Origin: Terriglobia bacterium
GTDB lineage: Bacteria > Acidobacteriota > Terriglobia > 20CM-2-55-15
Assembly (NCBI GenBank): GCA_965198225.1
Contig: CBDAOY010000007.1
Span: 800,001 to 864,000, forward strand
Length of the DNA stretch: 64,000 nt
Direction: 5' to 3'
Both the position numbers and the translations under genes were made by a program. The notes beneath the pieces are model-generated. The model was given only the letters and a program-made list of their open reading frames with translations. It had not been told where the DNA came from and did not search any database. This document shows positions 8,952 through 18,429 of the stretch, piece after piece (position 1 is the stretch's first letter; every line of letters starts with the position of its first letter).

Positions 8952-11423
8952 TCACAGAGGTCCTCTTCGCCCACCCGAGGCTTCGAATTCCGCCAGGACC
9001 GTCCGAACGATGCTCCCGGCGTCGATGCCGTGGAGCGCCCGAACTGCCTCGAGACGGCCCGTCTTGCTGAAGCCCCTCGGCCCAAGGATCGCGACCGACC
9101 GACCCAGGGCACCGCCGATCCACTCCGCAACCTGGGGCGCGAAGTCCCCGACGACGACCATCGGGGTTCGTATCTCATCGTCGGGGATCAGGTCGTTCAG
9201 GTGATAGCCGGCCGACGGGTCCTCCCAGCGGTCCGGTTCACTCCAGTACCGTTCCCAGTCGCGTTTCATGCGCTCCCAGCTCGTGACGTTGCAGATGTTC
9301 ACGAACAGGCCCTGGTTGCGGAGAATCTCCGACGCCCGTATTGCCTCGACGATCACCGGACCCGTGGCGAACACGGATGCCGTGTTCCGTCCGGGCTCAT
9401 AGCCCGCTTCCCTCCGAAGCTCGAGATGCCAGTAGCCACCACGGATCACGTTTTCGCGGAAATCGGAGGTGTCGTCGATGTCGGGTTGCTCGATATCCTG
9501 AGTCGTCAGTCGCAGGTATACCGATTCTCCCTGCTCGGCCATGATCTGATCGATCGCCCAGTGGTAGATCACCTGGGTATCGGCTGCGAAGGCAGGTTCG
9601 TAGTAAATGATGTTGGGCAACCCCATAAACACAGCCGGTGTCTGGATCGACTGGTGTGTGCCCGACTCGCGGCTCAGGCTCGTCCCGGATGGTGTGCCCA
9701 CCGCGATGAAACGGGCTTTGTCGTAGAGGGCATAGTAGAGCTGGGTGTATGCGTGTTTCCAGAACACGTCGTAGATGGTGACGATGGGGATCAATCGCAC
9801 CTTGCCTTCGACGGCGAACTTCCCGCGACCCATTGCGAATGCCAGCAGCACGGCCACACCCTCGTTGATGGCGATGCTGTGAAACTGTCCAGCGGGGGTG
9901 AGCCGCCAGCCGAATGGCTGTTTCTTCTGTTCGCGGAGAAAACGCGTCAAGTCTTCGGGGGGATCTGTGTCGAAGACGCCCGAGGCCCGGATGACCCCGC
10001 CCAGGTGAGTCGTCAGTCCGACGTCTGGCGCGATGAACGCCAGATGTTTCCCGATCGACGAGCGCAGGTAAGCGAGGTTCAGGTTGCCGAAAACGGCCGA
10101 TGACGATCGCCTGCCCGACGTGGCGCTCCGAATCTCATCCCACGCCGGCGTCTTTTCGATGGGGTAGGACACCGAAGTCCGGGTGGTCTCCGGGAAGAGA
10201 TACTCGACCTGCTCGGAGAGCAACCTGGAGATGTCGCCGTCGGACGGCAGGGCGAAGGGGTCCCCCGCTGGAAAGCCGAGACGATTTCTGTATTCTTCCA
10301 TGAAGTCTTCGGAAAGCAAAGCGCCGTGGTTTTCCGGATGTCCCGCCCACCCCGGCAGACGCCATCCTTTGACCGTGTGGCACACGACCGCGGTCGGCCG
10401 ATCGCCCACGCTGCGCGCCTCTTCTTCCGCAGAGATCAGCGCAGCGAGGTCGTGTCCGCCGAGATCTTCCACCAACTCCTTCAGTTCGTCGTCGCTGTAG
10501 TCGGCGAGGACCTCGAGCGGCTCGTTCGCGGGTGAGCCCGACACGAACCGTCCGAGGAAATCTGCCATCGTTGGATCCTCGTGTTCGACCGAGCCCGTGA
10601 GTGCCTTCCGAATCGTTGCACCGTCCAGGAGCAACAGCGACTGGTAGTGCGAGTCCGACAGCGACTCCAGACGTCGCCGGAGCGTTGCGCCACCCTGCCG
10701 GTCGAACGTCGCCGTGATGCGCGATCCCCATCGCAGGTCGATCACGTGCCAGCCGTTGGCCTTGAAGAGACTGCTCGCCCAGGCGCCGGTACTGCCCTGC
10801 GGGCTGTCCTCCATCACCCGGTCCAGGCTCTGGCGGTTCAGGTCGATCCACCAGCAGAGGTTCGACAGCCGGCGCCGGCCGGCCTCGTAGAGCGAACCCC
10901 CGATCTGGAGTTCGGTCAACTCTCCGTCCCCGACGAGCGCGTGGTAGCGCGTGTCGATATCGGCGTCGAAATGTGCGTTCTGGACCACGGCCTCGTAGGC
11001 ATCTCCCACCGTGGCCGAGCAACCGAGGCCCTCGATGCTGGTCGAGTAGTCCACGAACGAGGGATGGTGATGCTGGGTCGGGTACGCCGGCGGCCCGCCC
11101 AACTCGCGAAGGTTTTCCATCTCGTTCCGGCTTACCCGACCCATCATGTACATCAGCGCGTAGAGAAAGGGAGCGGCGTGAGGTTTGACCGCGATCCGGT
11201 CCTGAGGGCGGCGGTGGTGCAGGTAGTGGGCCGTCAGGATGGATGAGGATGAAACAACACTGGCCTGATGCCCTCCGACTTTCGGCTTCTGACCTTTGTT
11301 TTCAGGCTTGTTGTTCGCCCAGTAGACCATCCAGACCGCAAGCCAGGAGGCCCAATCTTCGACGCGGCGTGTGAGCCCGGCAAAGCCCGTACTTGCGGCT
11401 GGTTCGACCTTCGGCTGCTTCAT
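8952..11423 (-). CDS. AceE-type pyruvate/2-oxoacid dehydrogenase E1 (transketolase-like, homodimeric)
   Basis: KVGGHQAS, VKPHAAP, GDGELTE...NRQSLD ThDP motif, HTVKGW, ESGTHQS, YEPAFA, SVYLRL. Confidence 0.82.
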   Translation of the reverse strand: MKQPKVEPAASTGFAGLTRRVEDWASWLAVWMVYWANNKPENKGQKPKVGGHQASVVSSSSILTAHYLHHRRPQDRIAVKPHAAPFLYALMYMMGRVSRNEMENLRELGGPPAYPTQHHHPSFVDYSTSIEGLGCSATVGDAYEAVVQNAHFDADIDTRYHALVGDGELTELQIGGSLYEAGRRRLSNLCWWIDLNRQSLDRVMEDSPQGSTGAWASSLFKANGWHVIDLRWGSRITATFDRQGGATLRRRLESLSDSHYQSLLLLDGATIRKALTGSVEHEDPTMADFLGRFVSGSPANEPLEVLADYSDDELKELVEDLGGHDLAALISAEEEARSVGDRPTAVVCHTVKGWRLPGWAGHPENHGALLSEDFMEEYRNRLGFPAGDPFALPSDGDISRLLSEQVEYLFPETTRTSVSYPIEKTPAWDEIRSATSGRRSSSAVFGNLNLAYLRSSIGKHLAFIAPDVGLTTHLGGVIRASGVFDTDPPEDLTRFLREQKKQPFGWRLTPAGQFHSIAINEGVAVLLAFAMGRGKFAVEGKVRLIPIVTIYDVFWKHAYTQLYYALYDKARFIAVGTPSGTSLSRESGTHQSIQTPAVFMGLPNIIYYEPAFAADTQVIYHWAIDQIMAEQGESVYLRLTTQDIEQPDIDDTSDFRENVIRGGYWHLELRREAGYEPGRNTASVFATGPVIVEAIRASEILRNQGLFVNICNVTSWERMKRDWERYWSEPDRWEDPSAGYHLNDLIPDDEIRTPMVVVGDFAPQVAEWIGGALGRSVAILGPRGFSKTGRLEAVRALHGIDAGSIVRTVLAEFEASGGRRGPL

Positions 11424-11572
11424 ACCAACACCAGTCCGTCATTGTAAGGTGTTCCCAAAGGTGCAAGCCAATCGAAAGCGTCGGGGGAGCAACGCGGCCG
11501 TTCTCGAGCTTACTAACGACGCCCAACCGGATCTGCTATTATTGCGGCACCATTTTTGAGGAGGAGTTCCCG

Positions 11573-12952
11573 GTGGCCTCAGCCAATCCGCTGAAACAGA
11601 TCATGAACATCAGGCGCGATGAGTTGCCTCAGGCGCTCTTGATGTTCTCCTACTTTTTTATGGTCATTGCGACGTTCTGGATACTCCGGCCGCTGAAAAA
11701 AGGGCTGTTGCTGGAGCTATACGACCAGACACCGTTCAACTTCGTCGGGTGGCAGTTCAATGCCGCTCAAGCTGAGAGTATCGCCAAGATCGGCAATATG
11801 GTTGTCGCGGTTTTTGCTGCGAGCGCGTTCATATACCTGGCCCGGTCCCTCCAGCGGCAACAACTCACGTATGTGTTCTCAACTTTTTCGATTGCTTGCT
11901 TCGCGCTGTTCAGCTACGCGGTTGTCGATCGCGGGGCCGCGACCGTCTGGGCCTTCTACTGGTTCGGTGATCTTTACAATACCTTGATGGTCGCAACGTT
12001 CTTCGCCTTCCTGAACGACAGTGTCGCTCCCCAAGTTGCAAAGAGGCTCTATGGACTCATCGTCCTCGGCGGCGTTGCGGGGGGCGCGTTCGGTGCCACG
12101 GTCCTCGCTGTCTGGCTCAGTGAACTTTCCCTGTCCGGATGGCTCTGGGTCTGCGTGGGTGTCACGATTGTGATCATAGCGGTAGCGGCATTTGCGGGAC
12201 GGTTGTTCGGCGCCGTCGAGCCGCGGGAGGCCGAAACGGGACCACCGCCGTCGACCGGCTCTGTGGGTGCCAGTGTCCGGCTGGTCTCCAAGTCGCGGTA
12301 TCTCCTGGCGATAGTCGCTGTGGTGGGCTTGTATGAAATGATCTCGACGATCATGGACTTTCAGTACAGCTCCACGATCACGTACTATCTGGACGGAGAC
12401 GCCATCACGGCCTGGGTCGCCACGGTTTCTTCCTTCACGAATTGGGTCGCGCTGTTCGTGCAGTTGTTCCTGACCAGCTTCGTCATGACCCGATTCGGCG
12501 TCGGGGCAGCCTTGCTGGTCTTGCCGGTCGCGGCGTTGTTGGGGTCAGTCGGCTTTCTCGCCGCTCCGATTCTGTTGATCGGCAGCTTCCTGAATACCAG
12601 CGACAATGGCTTCGCGTACTCGATCAACCAGTCGGCCAAAGAGGTCCTCTACACCCCGACGACCAAAGCGGAGAAGTATCAGGCGAAGGCGATCATCGAC
12701 ATGTTCGTGCAGCGATTCGCCAAAGCGGTTGCGGTCGTCCTGAGTCTGGCCATAACGACGGTATTCGTGGGCTTTGGCAGCGTGCGATGGTTGTCCCTCG
12801 TCTCTATCGTGATTCTTCTCGCGTGGATCAAGGTCGCTCGCTTCGCGGGTGGCGAATTCCAGAGACTGTCGTCGCAGGCCGAACCGCCTCGATCGGATTC
12901 GGTCGACATTCCACTCGACAAGCGGGCTCCTGACACCGAGTTTGCATCGTAG
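11573..12952 (+). CDS. TLC/NTT (Npt1/Npt2-like) nucleotide carrier, no fusion
   Basis: About 12 hydrophobic segments; ILRPLK, AKRLYGLI, YSINQSAKEVLYTP..KYQAKAIIDMFVQRFAK. GTG start after GAGGAGG. Confidence 0.85.
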   Translation: MASANPLKQIMNIRRDELPQALLMFSYFFMVIATFWILRPLKKGLLLELYDQTPFNFVGWQFNAAQAESIAKIGNMVVAVFAASAFIYLARSLQRQQLTYVFSTFSIACFALFSYAVVDRGAATVWAFYWFGDLYNTLMVATFFAFLNDSVAPQVAKRLYGLIVLGGVAGGAFGATVLAVWLSELSLSGWLWVCVGVTIVIIAVAAFAGRLFGAVEPREAETGPPPSTGSVGASVRLVSKSRYLLAIVAVVGLYEMISTIMDFQYSSTITYYLDGDAITAWVATVSSFTNWVALFVQLFLTSFVMTRFGVGAALLVLPVAALLGSVGFLAAPILLIGSFLNTSDNGFAYSINQSAKEVLYTPTTKAEKYQAKAIIDMFVQRFAKAVAVVLSLAITTVFVGFGSVRWLSLVSIVILLAWIKVARFAGGEFQRLSSQAEPPRSDSVDIPLDKRAPDTEFAS

Positions 12953-13021
12953 CCAACCCCCCGGATAGCTCCTGCCAACGTCGCCCGATCCGGGCACCCT
13001 GCGGTACAATCCGCTGCACAC

Positions 13022-15246
13022 ATGTCGAGCCGCTCCAGCGCCGATCTTACGACCTATGCCGCCGCGGGCGGCGCTGCTGTCATGATCGCCAACCAGGTTG
13101 GCGCGAAAGCGACACGCGACGCCCTTTTCCTCTCGAACTTCGGCATCGATGACCTACCCTACATGCTCATCGGTGCGGCTGTCTTCTCGATCCTGACAGT
13201 TCTCTGGGGATCCCGACTGATGGCGAAGTGGACGCCGTCCCGGGTGATTCCTGTCGTGTTCGGAGCCAGCGCTCTGCTGCTGGTTGCGGAGTGGGCCCTG
13301 TGGCACCAGTCGCCGAGGCTTGCGGCCGTTGTCGTCTACCTCCATGTTGCGGCCTTTGGATCGTTTCTCATCTCCGGGTTCTGGTCGATCATCAACGAGC
13401 GATTCGATCCGAGAACGGCCAAGAAGAAAGTGGGGTTGATTGCGGGCGGGGGTACGCTGGGCGGCCTGCTGGGCGGCCTGCTGGCTGAAAGGGTAGCGGC
13501 AGCGTTCACCGTTTCCACGATGCTGCCGCTTCTGGGAGTGTTGCATCTCGCGTGCGGTCTGATGGTGTACATGGTTCGAACGCCCACAGTTCGGCGTTCG
13601 AAGAGCGCGGAGATGAGCGTCGAGACCTCGGGCCTGGGATACGTCCGACGGGTGCAGTATCTGCGGAATATCGCGCTGCTCATCGTCCTCAGCACGGCGG
13701 GAGCGACACTGTTGGACTACGTGTTCAAGGCGCGAGCGTTCGCGACGTACACCGATGCTGAGGATCTGATGCGGTTTTTTGCCGTCTTCTACGCTGCCGT
13801 CGGCCTAGCCACGTTCATCCTGCAGACGAGCCTGAGCCGGGTGTCGCTCGAGAAGCTGGGCTTGGCGCGGACGATCGCTCTCTTACCTTCGCTCACTGCG
13901 GTGGGTAGTTTTGCAATGCTCTTTGCTTCTGGCCTGGCCGGCGCCGGGGTCGTGCGGGGTGGGGAGGCGGCAATGAGGAGTTCACTCTTCAGGTCCGGGT
14001 ACGAACTGCTCTACACTCCGGTTTCTCCGCGCCAGAAGCGCGCGGCGAAATCCATCATCGATGTTGGATTCGACCGTGTCGCCGACGCTTTCGGCGCGAT
14101 CTTAATTCGCCTGCTGCTGCTGTTGGGTCCCGGTCTGGCCTTCCCGTCCATGCTCGCAGGCGCTATTGTCCTCGCCGGCCTCGGGCTGATCGTCTCGTTC
14201 AGACTACATCGAGGCTACGTCGACGCGCTAGCCGATCGCCTCGTGCATCGTGCCGAGGAACTGGAGATTCCCGAATTAAGGGAGACGGCTGCCGATTCGG
14301 CGGTCATGCACACCCTGGGCAGCCTCGATCTGAGTCGCGTGCTCGGCCGGGAAAAATCGTCTCTCGGTCGAGAGAAGTCGTCCCGCCGAAGAGGGGTAAC
14401 CCCGGGTTCGGGGGGGGCGCGCGGGATTGTCCAACGCCCCGAGCCCGAGACCGATGCGATCCTCGTGGCCGCGGCCGACTTACGCTCAGGTGACGCAACC
14501 CGGGTCCGACAACGTTTGAAGGAAGACCTGCAACCGGTCCTGTCGTCTCTGGCGGTCTCTCTGCTGGCTTGGAACGACGTCAGTGACAGCGCTTCAAAGC
14601 GTTGCGCCGGATCGCCCCAAGGATAGTCGGTGAACTGACCGACGCGTTGGCGGATCGAGAGCGTGACTTTGCCATCCGGCGCCGCATTCCTCGTATCCTG
14701 GCAGCCTGTGAATCCACGCGCGGCGTGGACGGTCTGATGGTTGGGCTTTTGGATCGGCGCTTCGAGGTCCGTTATCAAAGTGCCGCGGGATTGGCCCGGA
14801 TTCACGGACGGCGACCCGACCTCGTGATGGCAGCGGATCGCGTCAGCAAGGCAATTCTTCGGGAACTGGAGGTCGACAAGCTGGGATGGCAGAGTCGTCG
14901 GCTCGTGGATTCCGGGGACTCGGCAGAAATCGATCAGCTCCTGGAGGACCGGGCCGACCTGAGCCTCGAACATATCTTCAGGATGCTCTCGCTGTTCCTG
15001 GAGAGAGAACCGCTCCAGATTGCTCTCCGAGGGCTCCACACCGACGATGGGCAACTGCGAGGAACAGCGTTCGAATACCTGGAGACCGTCCTTCCACCGC
15101 GGATTCGGGAGCGGCTGTGGCCCTTCCTCGAAGATCAGCGGCCGCGCCAGCCTCGAGACCGGAGGACCGCAGATGTTTTGTCGCAGTTGATGCTCTCCCG
15201 CCGGTCTATCGAGAGCAACCTGGCCGACCTCAGAAAGAAGCGCTGA
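13022..15246 (+). CDS. TLC/NTT carrier fused to HEAT-repeat domain; -1 frameshift near 14592 (ORFs 13022-14626 and 14602-15246)
   Basis: KATRDALFL, FWSIINERFDPRTAK, ELLYTP..KSIID. Adding one base at GCTTC restores DSAFKALRRIAP and HEAT-like helices ending GTAFEYLETVLP. Confidence 0.75.
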
Positions 15247-15298
15247 GGCCGGTTAGAGCGAAGTGTCACTGATCACCATGCCCTCGGCGATAGCGTCC

Positions 15299-15327
15299 TT
15301 GACACGTTCGGACACGACAGCTAAAGT
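15299..15327 (+). promoter_or_regulatory. Sigma70-type promoter of lactate permease
   Basis: TTGACA-N17-TAAAGT; GAGGAG RBS before ATG 15379. Confidence 0.65.
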
Positions 15328-15378
15328 GCAGCAACTCATTACTGATCTGTTATAGCAGGCCCACACGAGGAGACGGCG

Positions 15379-17052
15379 ATGACATACGCACTCGCAGCAT
15401 TTCTGCCGGTTCTGGCCGTTATGTTCTTCCTGGTCGTCCTTCGATGGCCGGCCGTTCGGGCGATGCCCGTCGCCTACGTGTTAACCGTGATCGTCGCCCT
15501 GTCGGTGTGGCAGGTTCCGGCCCTGCACGTGGTGGGCGCGACGCTGCGTGGGGGGATGATTGCGTTGACGCTCCTTTGGATCATCTTCGGAGCGATTCTG
15601 TTGCTGTTTACTCTGCGCGAGAGCGGCGCGGTCACGACCATCCGGCGAGGTTTCATGGGCATCTCCCGGGACCGGCGCATCCAGCTGATCATCGTGGCGT
15701 GGCTGTTCGGCTCCTTCATCGAAGGGGCTGCGGGTTTCGGAACTCCCGCCGCGGTTGCCGCTCCGTTGTTGCTCGCACTGGGTTTCCCGGCGCTGGCCGC
15801 GGTCATGATGACCCTGATCATCCAGAGCACCCCGGTCAGCTTCGGTGCGGTCGGCACTCCTATCCTCGTCGGTATGGGACAATCTCTGAACGTTCCGCAG
15901 GTCGAGGAGGCGCTCGCCGCCGCCGGCATCACCTACACGGAATTCATCTACCGCCTCGGGGTGTTCACCGCTATGCCGCACGCGGTGGCAGGGACACTCA
16001 TACCCCTGATTATTGTCTGCATGATGACTCGCTTTTTCGGGGAGAACAGATCGTTTCGCGAAGGACTGGGAGTATGGAAGTTCGCCTTGTTCGCGGGCTT
16101 CAGCTTCGTCATTCCGTACTTGCTGGTCGCGGTTTTTCTGGGACCGGAATTCCCGGCCCTGCTCGGGGGTCTCGCCGGCCTGGCGATCGTGGTGACCGCG
16201 GCCCGAAAGGGCTTGTTCCTGCCCGAGGGAGAGCCGTGGGACTTTCCGGATCGGTCGAAGTGGGAAAAGCAGTGGGTGGGTAACATCACCGCGGAAGCCG
16301 GTGAAGAGCGCCATCACATGACGCTGTTGCTGGCGTGGACGCCTTACCTGCTCGTCGCCGCCCTGCTCGTGTTGACGCGGTTGCCGTTCCTCCCGTTCCG
16401 GGGCTGGCTGACCTCTTTCAGTTTCACCTGGTCGAACATTGCGGGAACGAGTCTGTCCCAGAGCGTCGAGCCGCTCTACCTGCCGGGTACGATCTTTATC
16501 ATCGTCGCGCTGACGACGATCTTCATCCATCGCATGTCGAAGGATGAGGCCCGCATGGCCTGGTCGGACGCCGCGCACAAGATGGCGGGACCAGCGCTGG
16601 CTCTGCTGTTCGCGGTCGGCTTGGTCCGCGTGTTCATCGATTCCAATACCAACGCATCCGGGCTGGACAGCATGCCGCTGGTGCTTGCCGAATACGTTGC
16701 GGGGATCGCGCAGGGGTCATGGCCTTTCTTCGCGCCGATCATCGGAGCGATGGGCGCGTTCGTTGCGGGCAGCAACACAGTCAGCGACCTCATGTTTGCC
16801 CTGTTCCAGTACGGTGTCGCCGACCGGATCGGTACTTCGCGGATCGTCATCCTGGGTATCCAGGCGGTGGGCGGCGCGGCCGGGAACATGATCTGCGTAC
16901 ACAATGTCGTCGCGGCGAGCGCGACGGTCGGGCTGGTCGGCCGGGAGGGGGCGTTGATTCGTCGAACGATCATCCCGATGACGTATTATCTAATCGTGAC
17001 CGGCACGCTCGGCCTGCTCTTTTCATACGTTCTGTTCCCGGACATGTTCTGA
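15379..17052 (+). CDS. lctP: L-lactate/glycolate permease (LctP family)
   Basis: [46 protein letters not shown]. Confidence 0.9.
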   Translation: MTYALAAFLPVLAVMFFLVVLRWPAVRAMPVAYVLTVIVALSVWQVPALHVVGATLRGGMIALTLLWIIFGAILLLFTLRESGAVTTIRRGFMGISRDRRIQLIIVAWLFGSFIEGAAGFGTPAAVAAPLLLALGFPALAAVMMTLIIQSTPVSFGAVGTPILVGMGQSLNVPQVEEALAAAGITYTEFIYRLGVFTAMPHAVAGTLIPLIIVCMMTRFFGENRSFREGLGVWKFALFAGFSFVIPYLLVAVFLGPEFPALLGGLAGLAIVVTAARKGLFLPEGEPWDFPDRSKWEKQWVGNITAEAGEERHHMTLLLAWTPYLLVAALLVLTRLPFLPFRGWLTSFSFTWSNIAGTSLSQSVEPLYLPGTIFIIVALTTIFIHRMSKDEARMAWSDAAHKMAGPALALLFAVGLVRVFIDSNTNASGLDSMPLVLAEYVAGIAQGSWPFFAPIIGAMGAFVAGSNTVSDLMFALFQYGVADRIGTSRIVILGIQAVGGAAGNMICVHNVVAASATVGLVGREGALIRRTIIPMTYYLIVTGTLGLLFSYVLFPDMF

Positions 17053-17086
17053 GGCGGTTGAGATCTCCGGCACACAAGGACACACC

Positions 17087-18331
17087 ACGGACTCACGTCG
17101 AGTCATTACCACCTACTACCTGATCGCCGGCCTGTATACCTTGTCGGCAGCGTTGATATGGGGTGTCAACACGCTGTTCCTGCTGGGGGCGGGTCTCGAC
17201 ATATTCGGCGTCTTTCTCGCCAACGGCGCGTTCACGGCCGGGAACGTCGTCTTCGAGATCCCGACAGGGGTTCTGGCCGATACGCGGGGGCGTCGTCTCT
17301 CGTTCCTGCTGAGCGTCGCCATCCTGTTCGTGGGGACCCTCGCCTATGTCGGTGTCGCCAGCGTCGGTGCCGGTCTCGGGGCGTTCGTCGCGGTGTCGCT
17401 CCTCCTCGGTCTCGGCTTCACCTTCTACTCCGGCGCCGTGGAGGCGTGGTTGGTTGACGCACTCCGAAGCTCCGGCTACGAGGGTCAGTTTGACAGTGTC
17501 TTCGCCCGAGGCTCGATGGTCACGGGCGCCGCGATGCTGGTCGGAACGATCGGCGGTGGTCTGCTGGGCACATTGGATCTTGCTCTGCCGTACCTGGTCC
17601 GGAGCGTGATGCTGGGGGCGGTCTTCGTCGTCGCATACGTGGGGATGCGGGATCTCGGATTCACGCCGCGAGCCATCGGACGCCAGGGGTTTGCTCGCGC
17701 CATGAAAGCGGTTGCCCGCTCGAGTGTCGACAGCGGCTGGCGGACGCCGTCTGTCCGGCTCCTCATGATGGCCTCGTTTGTTCAGTGGGGATTCCTGGCG
17801 TGGGGGTTCTACGCCTGGCAGCCCTATTTCCTCGAGCTGCTGGGCCGTCAGGCCGTGTGGGTCGCCGGGGTTGTGTCGGCGTTGGTTTCGGCTTCCATGA
17901 TCGCCGGTAATGCCCTGGTCGACTGGTTCAGCCGGTTTTGTGGAAGGCGGACGACTCTGTTGCTCTGGGCGGCTGCTGCCCAGACCCTCGCAGCCATCGG
18001 AGTCGGGTTGGTGGACTCTTTTGCCGCGGCGGTTGCCCTGTTCGTTGTCGTCACCGGTGCGGCCGGCGTGATCGGCCCCGTCAAACAGGCCTACATGCAC
18101 CAGGTCATCCCGTCCGAGGCTCGGGCGTCAGTCATATCGTTCGATTCGCTGATGGGAAACGCAGGAGGACTCTTCTCCCAGGGCGGGCTCGGGTATCTTT
18201 CTCGCGCTCGATCGATTCCGGAAAGCTACGTGGTTGGGGGGATTGCCACTCTGCTGGCGCTGCCACCGCTCATCCTTCTTCGACGCCGAGGGTGGCGAGG
18301 GACAAGTGACGAGTGTAGGTGCGCTCTATGA
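17087..18331 (+). CDS. MFS transporter; probable start at ACG 17087, otherwise TTG 17141
   Basis: FEIPTGVLADTRGRR, SGAVEAWLVD; in-frame DSRRVITTYYLIAG upstream of 17141 preceded by AAGGA. The stop lies inside a REP. Confidence 0.8.
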   Translation, partial: TDSRRVITTYYLIAGLYTLSAALIWGVNTLFLLGAGLDIFGVFLANGAFTAGNVVFEIPTGVLADTRGRRLSFLLSVAILFVGTLAYVGVASVGAGLGAFVAVSLLLGLGFTFYSGAVEAWLVDALRSSGYEGQFDSVFARGSMVTGAAMLVGTIGGGLLGTLDLALPYLVRSVMLGAVFVVAYVGMRDLGFTPRAIGRQGFARAMKAVARSSVDSGWRTPSVRLLMMASFVQWGFLAWGFYAWQPYFLELLGRQAVWVAGVVSALVSASMIAGNALVDWFSRFCGRRTTLLLWAAAAQTLAAIGVGLVDSFAAAVALFVVVTGAAGVIGPVKQAYMHQVIPSEARASVISFDSLMGNAGGLFSQGGLGYLSRARSIPESYVVGGIATLLALPPLILLRRRGWRGTSDECRCAL

Positions 18332-18382
18332 GCGCACATCCCTCAAGCTCGAAAGATGTGCGGTCATAGACCGCACCTACAC
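18313..18382. repeat. GTAG REPIN doublet
   Basis: Same two inverted REP hairpins as 7366-7437. Confidence 0.88.
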
Positions 18383-18429
18383 CTCTCCCCCTCACATTGG
18401 CTCCCTTGCGGACCGTTCGCCTTAACGGC

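Noticed and set aside
14342-14383. 21-nt tandem repeat (LGREKSS x2) as an assembly error
   Set aside because: It is in frame and the copies differ at synonymous positions, so it is an ordinary old linker duplication.
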